The notes under the pieces: generated by a model
What the model saw: only the letters and a program-made list of their open reading frames with translations
Database searches by the model: none
What the model was told of the DNA's origin: nothing
Program-made: the position numbers and the translations under genes
NCBI GenBank assembly: GCA_964247055.1
Contig: OZ176053.1
Span: 4,216,001-4,280,000 of the forward strand
DNA length: 64,000 bases
DNA from: Paragordius varius
Lineage: Eukaryota; Animalia; Nematomorpha
Direction of reading: 5' to 3'
Shown here: piece after piece, positions 41,001 through 52,700 of the stretch
Layout: the number at the start of each line of letters is the position of its first letter
Position numbering within the stretch: position 1 is the stretch's first letter

Positions 41001-43023
41001 TCATTTTACGCTTTTATGTTGTGTTAAGTGTATGTGCTCTCTTTTATAGCTGAGAGAAATTGGCATTATTTATAGGTTTTCCCATTTGTCTTTATTTCTT
41101 TTGTATGGTTGAATAATTGTATTCAAGAAAGTTATATCATGACCAGATAATATAAATGTTTGATAATAAATATATATCATTATTTTATTATATCTATTAT
41201 ATATTATAGGTATAAAAAAATAGGGTTATTAGTCCCCCCCCCCAAAAAAAATGAGCCACTTTTTATTTAAAATTCGTTAAGGGTTATAAGCACAAAATTC
41301 TCTGAATATTTTGTACATTTCTTTCAAGTCCCTAAATGTTTCGATAAGTCGAGAGTTCAAAATTAACAAAAAAATATTAGCAAAAATTCTCTCACCAATG
41401 TACTCAAACTTGAATCCTTTTGAGATATAAAAGAAAGTCAAATAGAAAGGTTCGTTCTTTTAAACAGTGATTCCTTAAAAAAGTAATTGTCTGGAAACAA
41501 AGGCGAGCTTTTTCATATAAACTTAAAATGTCCGTTTAGTATTTTGATAGACAAGGAGATCAAATATTTACGTTTTTCCCCTTCGTTTTATTATATTTTG
41601 TAATCCAGTTAAATTATATATATCATTATCATATTTTTTTAACTTGTTAAAAATTTGTCATTAACCATCTTTGTCATGCTAATTTCTTTTCAACAATTTG
41701 AGATGGATTATTAAATATATTATGTATGTAATATAAATATGGATTTTACTTAATCTAGTTGTGGCAGAATGAAAATTTCTTTTAATATCCTTTTCGTAAG
41801 ATAAATAAGCCAGCTCTAAACTATAAATATGTTTTATAAATGAGCTAGTTGTCTTCACAATAATGGATAAGCTTCACAGACTAATTTATGGCAGACGTAG
41901 TATTTTGACAAATTAGTTCAACTAAACTTTCCGTTTATTCTCCAGTCTAAAAATTTCTCTATCTATAATCATATTTAAGTATTGTGGAAAATTATCATTC
42001 ATATCTTTTTTTACATATAATAAATGTTCTCTTTGTATAGAGATTTCATAAACTATTTTATAAATTAAGGTTTTTCATGATTAATTTTTGGGTAATATAT
42101 TTTGAAGCACTTTTTTATTCTACACATGACAATTTAGATATTAATAATTCATTAAGTCAAAAGCATAATATTACTGTAAATTTTTATTGTTTTTGTGTTT
42201 GTTTTTATTCCAAGAAAGGAGTTTACTAAAACTAAGTTATGGTTCATTTTTTATGTATGTTGATTAATGGGACGGATAAATTTAATCATCATAAAATTTA
42301 TTATATGACTCAGTCATCATTTCCAATAAAAAATGAATAATTTTTCTTATACAAAACAGGCTTTGTTCGCAATTTAAGAATTTTTTTATTTAGAGCGTTT
42401 ATTAATTTTAAGGTAATTCAAATTATTTAATTCTTTTAGGGAAAGACCAATTTTTTCCTAAAATTATTTTGCAGAATGGATATAAGATAAATTTAATAAT
42501 TTTAGGGATGTTTCCATATAAATTTTATTTTTAAATTAATGACGGGAAAATCTTTTCGTGTACACTGAAATTAACAACTTTATTTATCAATCGTTTAGTA
42601 ATATAATTGATACAATATATTATATATTTTTATGGCAAAAAGAGAGCTCCTGATAATTAAAATGACGTACAGTTTTAATTATATTCCCATTTTTTCCTGC
42701 ATCATATATTTTTAATTTGTCAAAAAATATCGTTTACTAATAATAATAAGATGTGGAAAAAACGGCATCCATGTAACTCTCTCCTCTGTTCATATTGATG
42801 AAAAAAAATATTTTTTTCTATTTAGCTATATTTTTAAATTCTACTTTTTGATATGGAAAAATTATTGAAAAAACATAAATTAATTAGTTTTATTATTCTT
42901 TTTTTATATTGGTACCTATAAGTGAGATTTAATTATTTTCAAAAAAACATTTTTTTCGACCCATATCCTTATATATATAACCGTAGAAATTTTTTTTGAA
43001 TTATTTATCTTCCTAATTAATAA

Positions 43024-46000
43024 ATGGAACAGTCGAAAGTTACCGAAATCGACTATAAATCTATCCATTCCACCTTCAATGCTAACCATAGTGTTAAAAA
43101 TATTTTTTCGGATTCCACAGGAAACTTTAGCACATCGAGCAAAAATTCAATCTTCTTTAACAACAGACAACATAATTTTTATGATGATAATAATTGGAAC
43201 AGCCCTGATACTAAAAAGTTAGGCGACTTCACGAATTTCTCCTCTCTAGGTTATCATTATCTAACGCATTATTCTACACCAATGGTGTCTTATCAAACGG
43301 CTTACCTGTTGTACTTGAACCTTTATTATGGTAAATATGCATTGAGTAAACGACGTTCCCTTTTAACTGAGCCCTATCCTTTCGATTCAATGTATTCTAC
43401 ACTCAATTCCTTAAATCAATCATTCTCTAGTCCAATTAATGAATCTGGTCTATCAACACATAAAATAAATCACAATAATGGAAAAACAGGTCTAAAATGG
43501 ACCCCTTTAAAAGTTAAGTCTCCAGAACCGGATGAAATTAAATGTGATAATATTGATAAAAATAAAATGAAATGTAGTGTTGCGGATAGTGATAATATAT
43601 GTAGCATTCAAAAATCAGATATTGCATACAATGCCGACAAAAATATAAAAGTGGAATCGAAAAATATTAAAGGACAAGAGAAAAATTTAATGCCTAATAG
43701 TTTAGGAAACTGTAATATTGTAAGCCAAAGTCAACACTTCGATAATACAGCCCCTATGTTATCCGAAAATAAGAATAGTAGCGCAAATAAGCCATCCATA
43801 CTGGAAGCTTCGCTAAAGCACCAAATATTCACCAACAATTGCAATCAAAAATCAAATAATCGAAAGGAAATGATTCTTCAAACCAAATGGCTCAAGTCAC
43901 TCATGAGATTCAATGAAGCACAACAAAGTAAATATCATTGTTAAGAACATGATTTTTTAAATATTATTTGTTGCAAGGGATGTTTATCAGAGACGTAGTG
44001 TGCATTCTGGAACCCCCTTCCCCTCCCCCCTTTAATTTTAAAAAATAATCAAAATCAAATCCCATCCATAAATGGGTGACTTTTTAATGTAATATTTAGC
44101 ATAAAAACTTTAAAATATTAAAAATTTTAATATCCGGCACCCCTTCAACTATGACGCCCGGTGCATTAGCCCCCTCCCCCTTAGCTACGCCTCTGTCTTT
44201 CCTTGTACTAAAATAATTTATGATAAAAGTAAGTACTGTATATTACTTTTTGGAGTTTCCAATAACTGGTATATAATTGTCAAAAATTTTTGCAGTTTGC
44301 CATTTTAAAACGTTTCAAAAAAGAAAACCTATCAAATTAATTTAAAAACCGTATTCTATTAACCAATTTCATTGTAGTAATTATTTTAATAACCAAACAT
44401 GCTCCTACACTACTTTTTAAGTTAATTTTATGTAAGATGAAAAGCGGCGTAACTAAAAAATATGAATATCTATAAGAGTAAAATTTATTAGGAATAATTT
44501 TTTTCATCATATTAAAGGTATAAAATTGGAATAAAAAAATATCTTTGCCTATCTGCCATTTATAATTAAGATAAAATTATTTAATGCCATTTTTAGGGAA
44601 TTAACTGTAAAAATATCTATAAGAAACAATTATAAAAAGTACCAAATTTTTTGAAACAGTCTTATGTTCAAATATTTAGTTTAATTTTAAACTTTCACAA
44701 ATAGCAGATGGCGATGGATCCGATATGTTTTATCAAAGCAATAAAACACGACGACCTAGAACCGCTTTTACCAGTCAACAATTAATTGAATTAGAACAAC
44801 AATTCCGAACCAACAAATATCTTTCCCGTCCAAAACGATTTGAAGTCGCAACCTTACTTAACTTAACTGAGACACAGGTTTTATAATTTACACTTATGAC
44901 TTATGCAAAATTGCAAAATTGTTGATTCTTTTAATATAAATATCTTTAGTCACATGTTATATACTGCTAAGATTTTAAAGCATCAAATTATTAAAATTGG
45001 TTATGAGCAAGTTATTTATTAATACGAAAGTGAACGAAAGTGAATAAAATATATAAATTTAAAATGAGGAATTATGTCTAAAATATCTATATATTTTTAA
45101 AAGTTTAAAAAGAGTTTTATAGCAATTATCCAGAAAAGGTCTAATTGATACAACAATAATGAGGGTAGGTCAATTTTTTAAATTAATCCACATGTAAATA
45201 AAAATTTCATCGGGTAACAAAAATTTGAAAATTTTCCAAATGTTGGTCTAGATTGCATACTTATTCGAATATAGTCCAAGAAAGAATATTTCGGAATGCC
45301 TTATTTTATCGCTATAAACTTCCATATCTATATGGATATATAAAGTTTTAGCTTACTTTTATTTCAAACGCGTCGGTCCATTCATCCATACGGGGCAGTC
45401 GATTCACTTTTTTAAAATAGCATTTATACTCAGCTTCACCTCCTGTAAAATCAAAATTTTTATCAAACACCGCAAAATTATTTTAGAGTATTGGAAAAGT
45501 ATTAAATGACATGAACCCCACCCTATGTTGAATGCGATTCTACATAGAAAGTGTTGATTTTCAAGTTATTTTCCGGACAACGTATGGCCCTATTTAAATT
45601 TAAACCTTGAACATTTACTTTGCTAATGCTCCGAACTTGGTAAAGCGCCTTTGTGTGGAAACCTATTTTAATACTGTGGTGATATACCCAATGACTAATT
45701 TAACAAAGCCCTAATCCTAAGATATTTAGGATCATTTTTTATATTCACTCATACGTATTTTAAATTATTGGTTTAAATATTTTTGGCGGACTTAGTTTCT
45801 TGGCAAAACAAGAAAAAAGAGACTCGACCATGTTTGGCGCATACATTAATATAAAAAAAGTTCGTTTGCGTTGTGTTTCGGATAATTGACAGCACAAAAA
45901 ATTTTTATGAATATATTCATCGTAAAAATATATCGGGATTTTCATGTTACTTTAGTAATATCTTCACGAATGATTAAAAGAATTATCTACACTTTTATGG

Positions 46001-48752
46001 CAATTGTTCAATATCAAAAATGACAAAATCTGCCTACATTTGCTAAATAAATTTGGGAAATAAAAAAGCTTAACTCCAAAAAATATCATAAACTATATTT
46101 AAAAAGTACAACGATATTTTTATAAAATTTTAATTTTATATGTGGGTTACGAAAGTGTCGAATTATCCCCCTAAAAATAGGTGTTCTCATAGCGCAAAAA
46201 TGCCTGGACAATTAATTAATGTATGCTAGTCGATATTAGAAAATTTTTTTAAAACATTTTATGCTTTAAAATTTAATGTTTAGCCTAATTTCGTTGAAAT
46301 TCTCTTCATGATAGTTTGAAATATTGTTGAAACGGCATAAAAGCATTTAAAAATATTATAAAAACCCTTTTTTATATAGTTAGTTAAAAATGAACACTTT
46401 TTGCTCATATTATTGATTAAACGTTTGACTAAAATTATAGAATATATACTTTTGTTAAAAACACAATAATTTAAATTGAAGACTAAAAATGAAACGTTAA
46501 CATAATCTTATAAAGATAAATAGTGATTTTATAATAATTTATTATAAAGTATTACGACCGTTTTGACCAGGTGAAATAACATAAAATACGGTTTATCTAA
46601 TAATAAAAATTAGCATGCGTTATTTTTTATAATGACATAATTTATCATATACTAAAAAATCATATCTTAAAATATAGGCATTTTTGGGTGTATTTTGAGA
46701 AAACTGGTCCATTGTATAAGGGACCAAAATTTCCAACCTTTTCGTTATTTATTTTATTGTTGAAAAGCACAGCGTCCACAAAATAATCCTAATGAAATAC
46801 ATATATATATATATATTCTGATAGGTAATTGTATCAGAATTCTCATGGTGCTTTTACTTTAGGCCTGAAGAATGATTAAAGAAAGTTAAACCACTTTTGT
46901 GGTAGATATCAGAAAATGGCAAAATTTGGGCAGAGTTTGTGAAATAAAATTTTTGGGTAGCAGTTAAATGCTTTTCCAAAAATAACATAATAAGCAAATG
47001 AATATATTAATGGAATTTTAATTTTTAGTCATGATCTACGAAAGCCCCAATTTTTTTGCCTTTCTCAAATGGGCTTATTCTCTTAAAATAATGCGAAAAT
47101 GAGCTAAAAATTTAAATATATAAATTTTGACATAAAAAAGTTTTTCCAAAAATATAGCAAAAAATACTTGAAGCCCGCCTCATACTATTTTGAAGCATGA
47201 TGGAAATGGTATAAAAACGCTTTAAGGTATTAAAAACCCTTTTTCTATGTAATTCGATGATGCTCATTTCTATCATCTCAGATTTTTAATTTGAATGGTT
47301 TCAAGTTTGGGTCAATTTTCGTAAAAAATGCGATTTTTCAACATATATTTGAAGATTAATGAATGTTTTGATCAAAATTTGAGGTGATAGAGATTTTCAG
47401 CGTTATAAAATTATATAGATATGAATTTTTCATATTAGGGCTTTATACATTTCCATCATGCTTCAAAATAGAATGAATCACACTTCAACAAAATTTTTCT
47501 AAAAATAATATTTTAGATATGCATTATTTAAAAAACATTTTTTATGCCATAATCTAGCATAATTTATAAACAACTTTATCAGGAAGTGTCAGAATTTTTC
47601 GTTTATCTTAATAGAACTAGTCTATTTTGTGGTAGGAGGGAGGAAAATTTGCAGCTAAAAACTTTTAATTAAATTTCACAGGCGATATAAATGGTAAACA
47701 TCATAAAATTAGGTGGAAAAAGTGTTTTTATCATATCTTAAAGCGTTTACATACCGTTCATGCCACAAAAAAGTATGAAGTACCTCTCAACAAAACTATT
47801 TCAAATTAAATTTATAAAGTATGCATTTTAAAAATACTTTTCTAACGACAAAATTTTTATATTAAAAGTTGTATCTCGAAATTAGGGCATTTTATTTCGA
47901 AGGAACATGCCCATTTTAGAAAAGAGAATGAATTTGAGACTTTCGGGCCCCAAATCTAAGCTTCAAATTTTTTCTAGAATATTGTTTTACTTTTCATATG
48001 TAAATTTTAATACATTTTAGCGATACTTTTTGGAATGAAGCATTGAGCTTTTAAAAAAATTTGTTAACAAAATATGCGCAATTTTGCCTGCCTAACGATT
48101 TTGGGCGCAATATATATTTCATCATTTTTTAACATGCCTCTATTTTCACTGTGTTAGATCAAAGTTATTAAATAAAATATTTCTTTTATAATAAATTAAA
48201 ATTTCAACGCGCTGATTACTTTTGAGTTTATCTGTTTCTTTATTTTCCAGGGCCATAATTTATAACTCATTGGCCACAACATTGCTTCAAAGCCAAATTG
48301 ACTATCATTTGCATAATTTTTCAATTTGTAGCATTTAGCCTCTACAAAATATATTTAATTATCTTGAAATTAAATATCTAATAATAGAAATATCTTTATT
48401 ATATAGCGTTAAATCCGAAGAAACCTTGAATTTTGTGAGAACCATGTAAAGTGAAGAATTAGTTAAAAAACTTAATTAGTAATAAACTAGTTAACCGCAA
48501 TAACTTTTTTGTATGGTAATTATTTGCAAACATAAAAACGGTGTAGGAAAAAATTGTTCGAATCAATTTTGACATTTTTTGTAAATACATTTTAATTAAA
48601 TAAAATTTGTTTCTGGCGATCATATACTTAATTCTTACCATATCATAAATATAATATACACTTTTTAGGTAAAAATCTGGTTTCAGAATCGGCGGATGAA
48701 ATGGAAGCGGAGCAAACGTGCAGCTTTGAGGGAGCACTTATTACAATTATAA
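43024..48752 (+). CDS. MNX1: Mnx/HB9 (motor neuron and pancreas) homeobox transcription factor, ~386 aa. Exons: 43024-43927, 44705(or 44708)-44877, 48669-48752
   Basis: Spliced homeodomain [43 protein letters not shown]|[16 protein letters not shown] is nearly identical to MNX1 as I recall it. The intron is at the typical Q|V position. The N-terminus [10 protein letters not shown] and the KWLKS motif echo MNX1 MEKSKNFRID and QWLRAS. Confidence 0.92.
43988..44195. mobile_element. ~208-bp MITE in Mnx intron 1
   Basis: Imperfect TIRs CAGAGACGTAG / CTACGCCTCTG with C-rich subterminal tracts. TSD not preserved. Confidence 0.55.
46768..48100. mobile_element. Foldback family A copy in Mnx intron 2 (outer right arm eroded)
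   Basis: CTGATAGGTAATTGTATCAGAATTCTCATG at 46818, then an internal inverted arrangement (GAAGCATGATGGAAAT ~47190 vs ATTTCCATCATGCTTC ~47450). Ends approximate. Confidence 0.7.
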
Positions 48753-48817
48753 ATTTTTAATAAATTATTAACATATGTAACCATTTCTTTGTAAGTTCAT
48801 GTGTTAAAATATTTGAA

Positions 48818-49541
48818 ATGGCATCATTAGAAAAAATAAATAAATCGTTCCGAAGAATTCACAAAGAAAGATCACAAGTACTTAAAAATAATTTATTTGT
48901 AGCCAGAAAAACGCTCAAATTATGGGATATTACCCAAAAAAGCTGATTACAAAAAGCGAGCACAATCTCATGCCAACAAACAAAGATTGCTTAAGTCTTT
49001 TCGTGAAAAGGCCTATAATAAGAATTGGGATGAATTTTATTATAATATGATCAGCTTAAAACCTGTATAAGTTTATTATAATTACATTAGGATCCATTTG
49101 GCTTAGCGAAGCAGCCTGATAATGCCAATTCATTAAATGTTAACGATATAAATTTTATTCGCTATAAGCGAAACATAAATTTGCAAGTTTTATTAAAAAT
49201 AATTGTTAGAAAATCAATCGGCTAAAACATTTAAGCGACTTACATCCAATTCCTACTCATATCATTTTCGAAGACTCTGATCATAAAACATCACCAGGAG
49301 TTGCACCAAATGTAACCGCTTTCTTTTAATAGTTTAGCGCTCAAATATTGGATTAGATACAAAAGCTCAAAAAAAGTTGGTTAAGCGTTTGGACAGAGAA
49401 ACAAATCTTCGTTCTCTACAAGAAAAAATTGACAAAAAATTAGATAAAGTTAACTTAAAATTTTATTATTTTTAGTCAAAAACATATACCGTCAGAGACA
49501 AGAATGGTCAAATGATTAAAGTACCTGAAAGAAAATCATGA
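48818..49541 (+). CDS. UTP11: U3 snoRNA-associated protein 11 (SSU processome), 198 aa. Exons: 48818-48877, 48903-49064, 49091-49186, 49210-49311, 49338-49448, 49476-49541
   Basis: Spliced product MASLEKINKSFRRIHKERSQPEKRSNYGILPKKADYKKRA...REKAYNKNWDEFYYNM...NDINFIRYKR...KINRLK matches the Utp11 pattern. Five phase-0 introns of 25, 26, 23, 26 and 27 nt. Confidence 0.92.
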
Positions 49542-49754
49542 TAAAATAAATTTATTTAACACAATCTATAAATCTTTGGTATGCAAATATGAATATATAT
49601 ATGATATATAGGTAGTAGTTAATAGTATATTTTCTAGTTTATACTATTTTAACCTGAGTATTTGACATATTTTCTTTTCGTTTTTATCGCCCCTATATAA
49701 ATTTTTAACAAATGCAAGATTACTACACACTTTGGCGGTTAAAAATATTAATGA

Positions 49755-52700
49755 TTATTGCATGTTTTTGGTGAAGAGTTTAAAAATGGTTTCATTATCC
49801 ATGTTTTCCAAATTTCTAGGATCTAGGCCTAATGCATGAGCCACCTTTTTCATATTTAGGCCAAACGATTCGAGTAATGCTATCAGGTCGAGTTGTTGTC
49901 CCGTTTTTATATCTGTTATACGTGGACACATTTGATTACAATGAGGCCATCGACATTTGTCAATGAGTTTGAAGGGACATTTACGGTTAAGGATATTAAA
50001 GTTTTGGCTATTATGTGAATCAGTGTTATTTGAATGCACTCCCAAAGATTCACCATTAAAATTGTAGTTGTAATTGTATCTTCGCATTCTTCGATTCTTT
50101 ATATCTGGATATGATATTTGTAGAAACGACATATTTATTAAAACAAAGAAATTATAATTTTTTATTGGAAAAATATTTGGGGATAAAAAATTTACTTCGC
50201 TTTCGATATTTTTTGTTTTTTCGCTCAAGTTGTCGTTTTCTTCTTTTTTCCAACCTGTGATAAGCAAGTGATTTTTAATTATTTAATAATTAGGAAATAG
50301 AGAGAAACATTTATTATATATATATATATATAGTGTTCGCATAAAAATAAACTAATGAAATATATATATCTGATAGGAAAATATATCAGGTTTATCATGA
50401 TGTTTTTTTTTTGGCCCTTACGAGTGAATAAAAAATTTATTTACTCTTTTTTGGTAAGTACTTCGTATCGAAAAATGGAAAAATTTGCGCATATTTTTTG
50501 AAATAATTTTTTTTAGTAACTAAATGCTTATTCCAAAAAATATCAATAAATTATGTCACAAACTACTTATAAAAAACTATTAAAAAAATTAATTTTTAGA
50601 TGTGGGCTCCGAAAGTCCCATTTTTCGCTCTTCTAAAATAGGCTAATTATTTTTAAATAATGCAAAATGCGGGGATTGCGCTATAAAAATATTAAATAGC
50701 TAAATTTTGACATCAAAAAAATATTTTTTAAAAAAAGCATACAATTTACAAAAATTTAATTGCAAAATTTTGTTGAAGCATACTTCATCCTATTTTTAGT
50801 CATGATGGCAACGTTTTAGATATTATAAAAACATTTTTTTTAATTTGATGATGCTAGATTAAAATATTCCTTCATTCTTGAATTAAATCAAATTATAAAT
50901 TGTTTTTAAAAAATTCACTAAAATTTGAAGGTAAACGAGCCTTTAAAATTCTGAAGCGATGTAAATGTTAAGCATCTTCAAATTATGTGAAAAAAGTTTT
51001 TTATAAAAGCGTGTTTTACCCTTTCCTTCATGCCTAAAAGTAATATGAAGTAATCTTCAACAAAATTCTAAAAATTAAATTTTTGTAAAAAGTATGCATT
51101 TTGTAAAAAATATTTTTTGATATCAAAATTTAGTATATATTTTATAATTTTATCGCGCAATCCCAGCATTTTTGCTTTATTTTAAAGAACTAGCCCATCT
51201 TAAAGAGCGAAAAAAATTAGGACTTCCAGAGCCCGTAAATGTTTTAAAAATATTTTTAATAAGTAATTTATGATATATTTTAGTGATATCTTTGGGAATG
51301 AAGCATTTAGCTTTCAGTAAAAAAAATTTATTTAAAAAAATGTGCGAAAATTTTGCCATTTTATGCTATGGAGCACTTACCACTAAAGTGTAAATAACTT
51401 ACTTATATCACTCACATGGGGCAAAACCAAAAGAATCATGATAATCCAGATACATTTTCCTATCATATAAATATTTTATCAGGTTTTTTTATACCCCCCG
51501 ATTTTGGACACAGTGTATATGAGATTTTACAAGTTTTATTACCGTAAAAATGCTGACTTTACGAGTACTAATATATAACAATAACACCAGGTTTGCAAAT
51601 AAATTAACATTTTTTATCTTATTTGTGCGGAAATCAGTAATATGCCGTAAATTATCATTCTTAATGTTTGCAATCACAATAAGTAATAGACACCTTGTTT
51701 ATAATCTTTAGATTTTTATGTAATTTTTGAGTATAATAGTATAATCACATAATGTTAACGGTAAAATCTTAGTTTTTCGTATTAACACATTTAATTTTCC
51801 TTTGAGATTCAGGGGTAAGGATGACACTTGAAATTAACACTCGCCTGCCCAGGGGTTAAAATGGTCATCGAATTGCGCAGTTTCAAGTCCCAACTTTTGC
51901 ATACTCGCACGCACAATGTTTTAGTTGGGCGTCATGCCCACTATACCATCTCTTAGCATATCTTATTTGAAAGTTTTTTTAAATTTTGTATTAAAATACC
52001 TATAACATAATTTTTTATTCATGCATGTGGTCGTTATGTTGCAATAATATGTTAACAAAATAAACCCAATTAGAAAGAAAAAAAATAATGCCATTAACTT
52101 ACATATCAATGTAATGATAGGTTTCCCAACAATGTAGGGCATTCGGAAAGGTGATTTTATCAATTGAAATTACATGCCAATTTCTAAATAATTAAGTTAT
52201 ATAACTTTTTTTACTTTTTTGTTAAAATCCCGTGGGAAATGCATGCTGGGGAAAATATGAATCTGTAAGATAATAAGATAATAAAAATCGAATCTTTTCA
52301 GTAAATTGCAAAAAAATAAATAAAATCGATTGCGAAATATAAAATCGCATTAAAATAAATAAGTTACGTTAATTTATCGAAAGAGTGGCGTATTTCTTTT
52401 CCCATCGTATTTATAAAGTCCCAATGATCTTTTTTCATCGGAATACCCATTTTATCAACACTCAATTGAGCTTCATCATAAAGCCATTGGAAAATGTATA
52501 ATGGATCTAATTATTTTTTATTTTCATATATATAAATATAATACATAGGGAATAATTAATATGCTGAGTTAATTTACTTTTTATGTATTTGATTGCATTG
52601 CTTAGAAAATAACATTTCCAGGTTTCATTATCCTTATATTTTCTATCACATTGTTCGGGTAAATATCCATTCCAATATCTGCGTTTATAAATACAATGCT

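Noticed and set aside
51870-51960. tRNA or tRNA-derived SINE head on the minus strand (TGGTATAGTGG A-box-like)
   Set aside because: No B-box and no cloverleaf could be formed.
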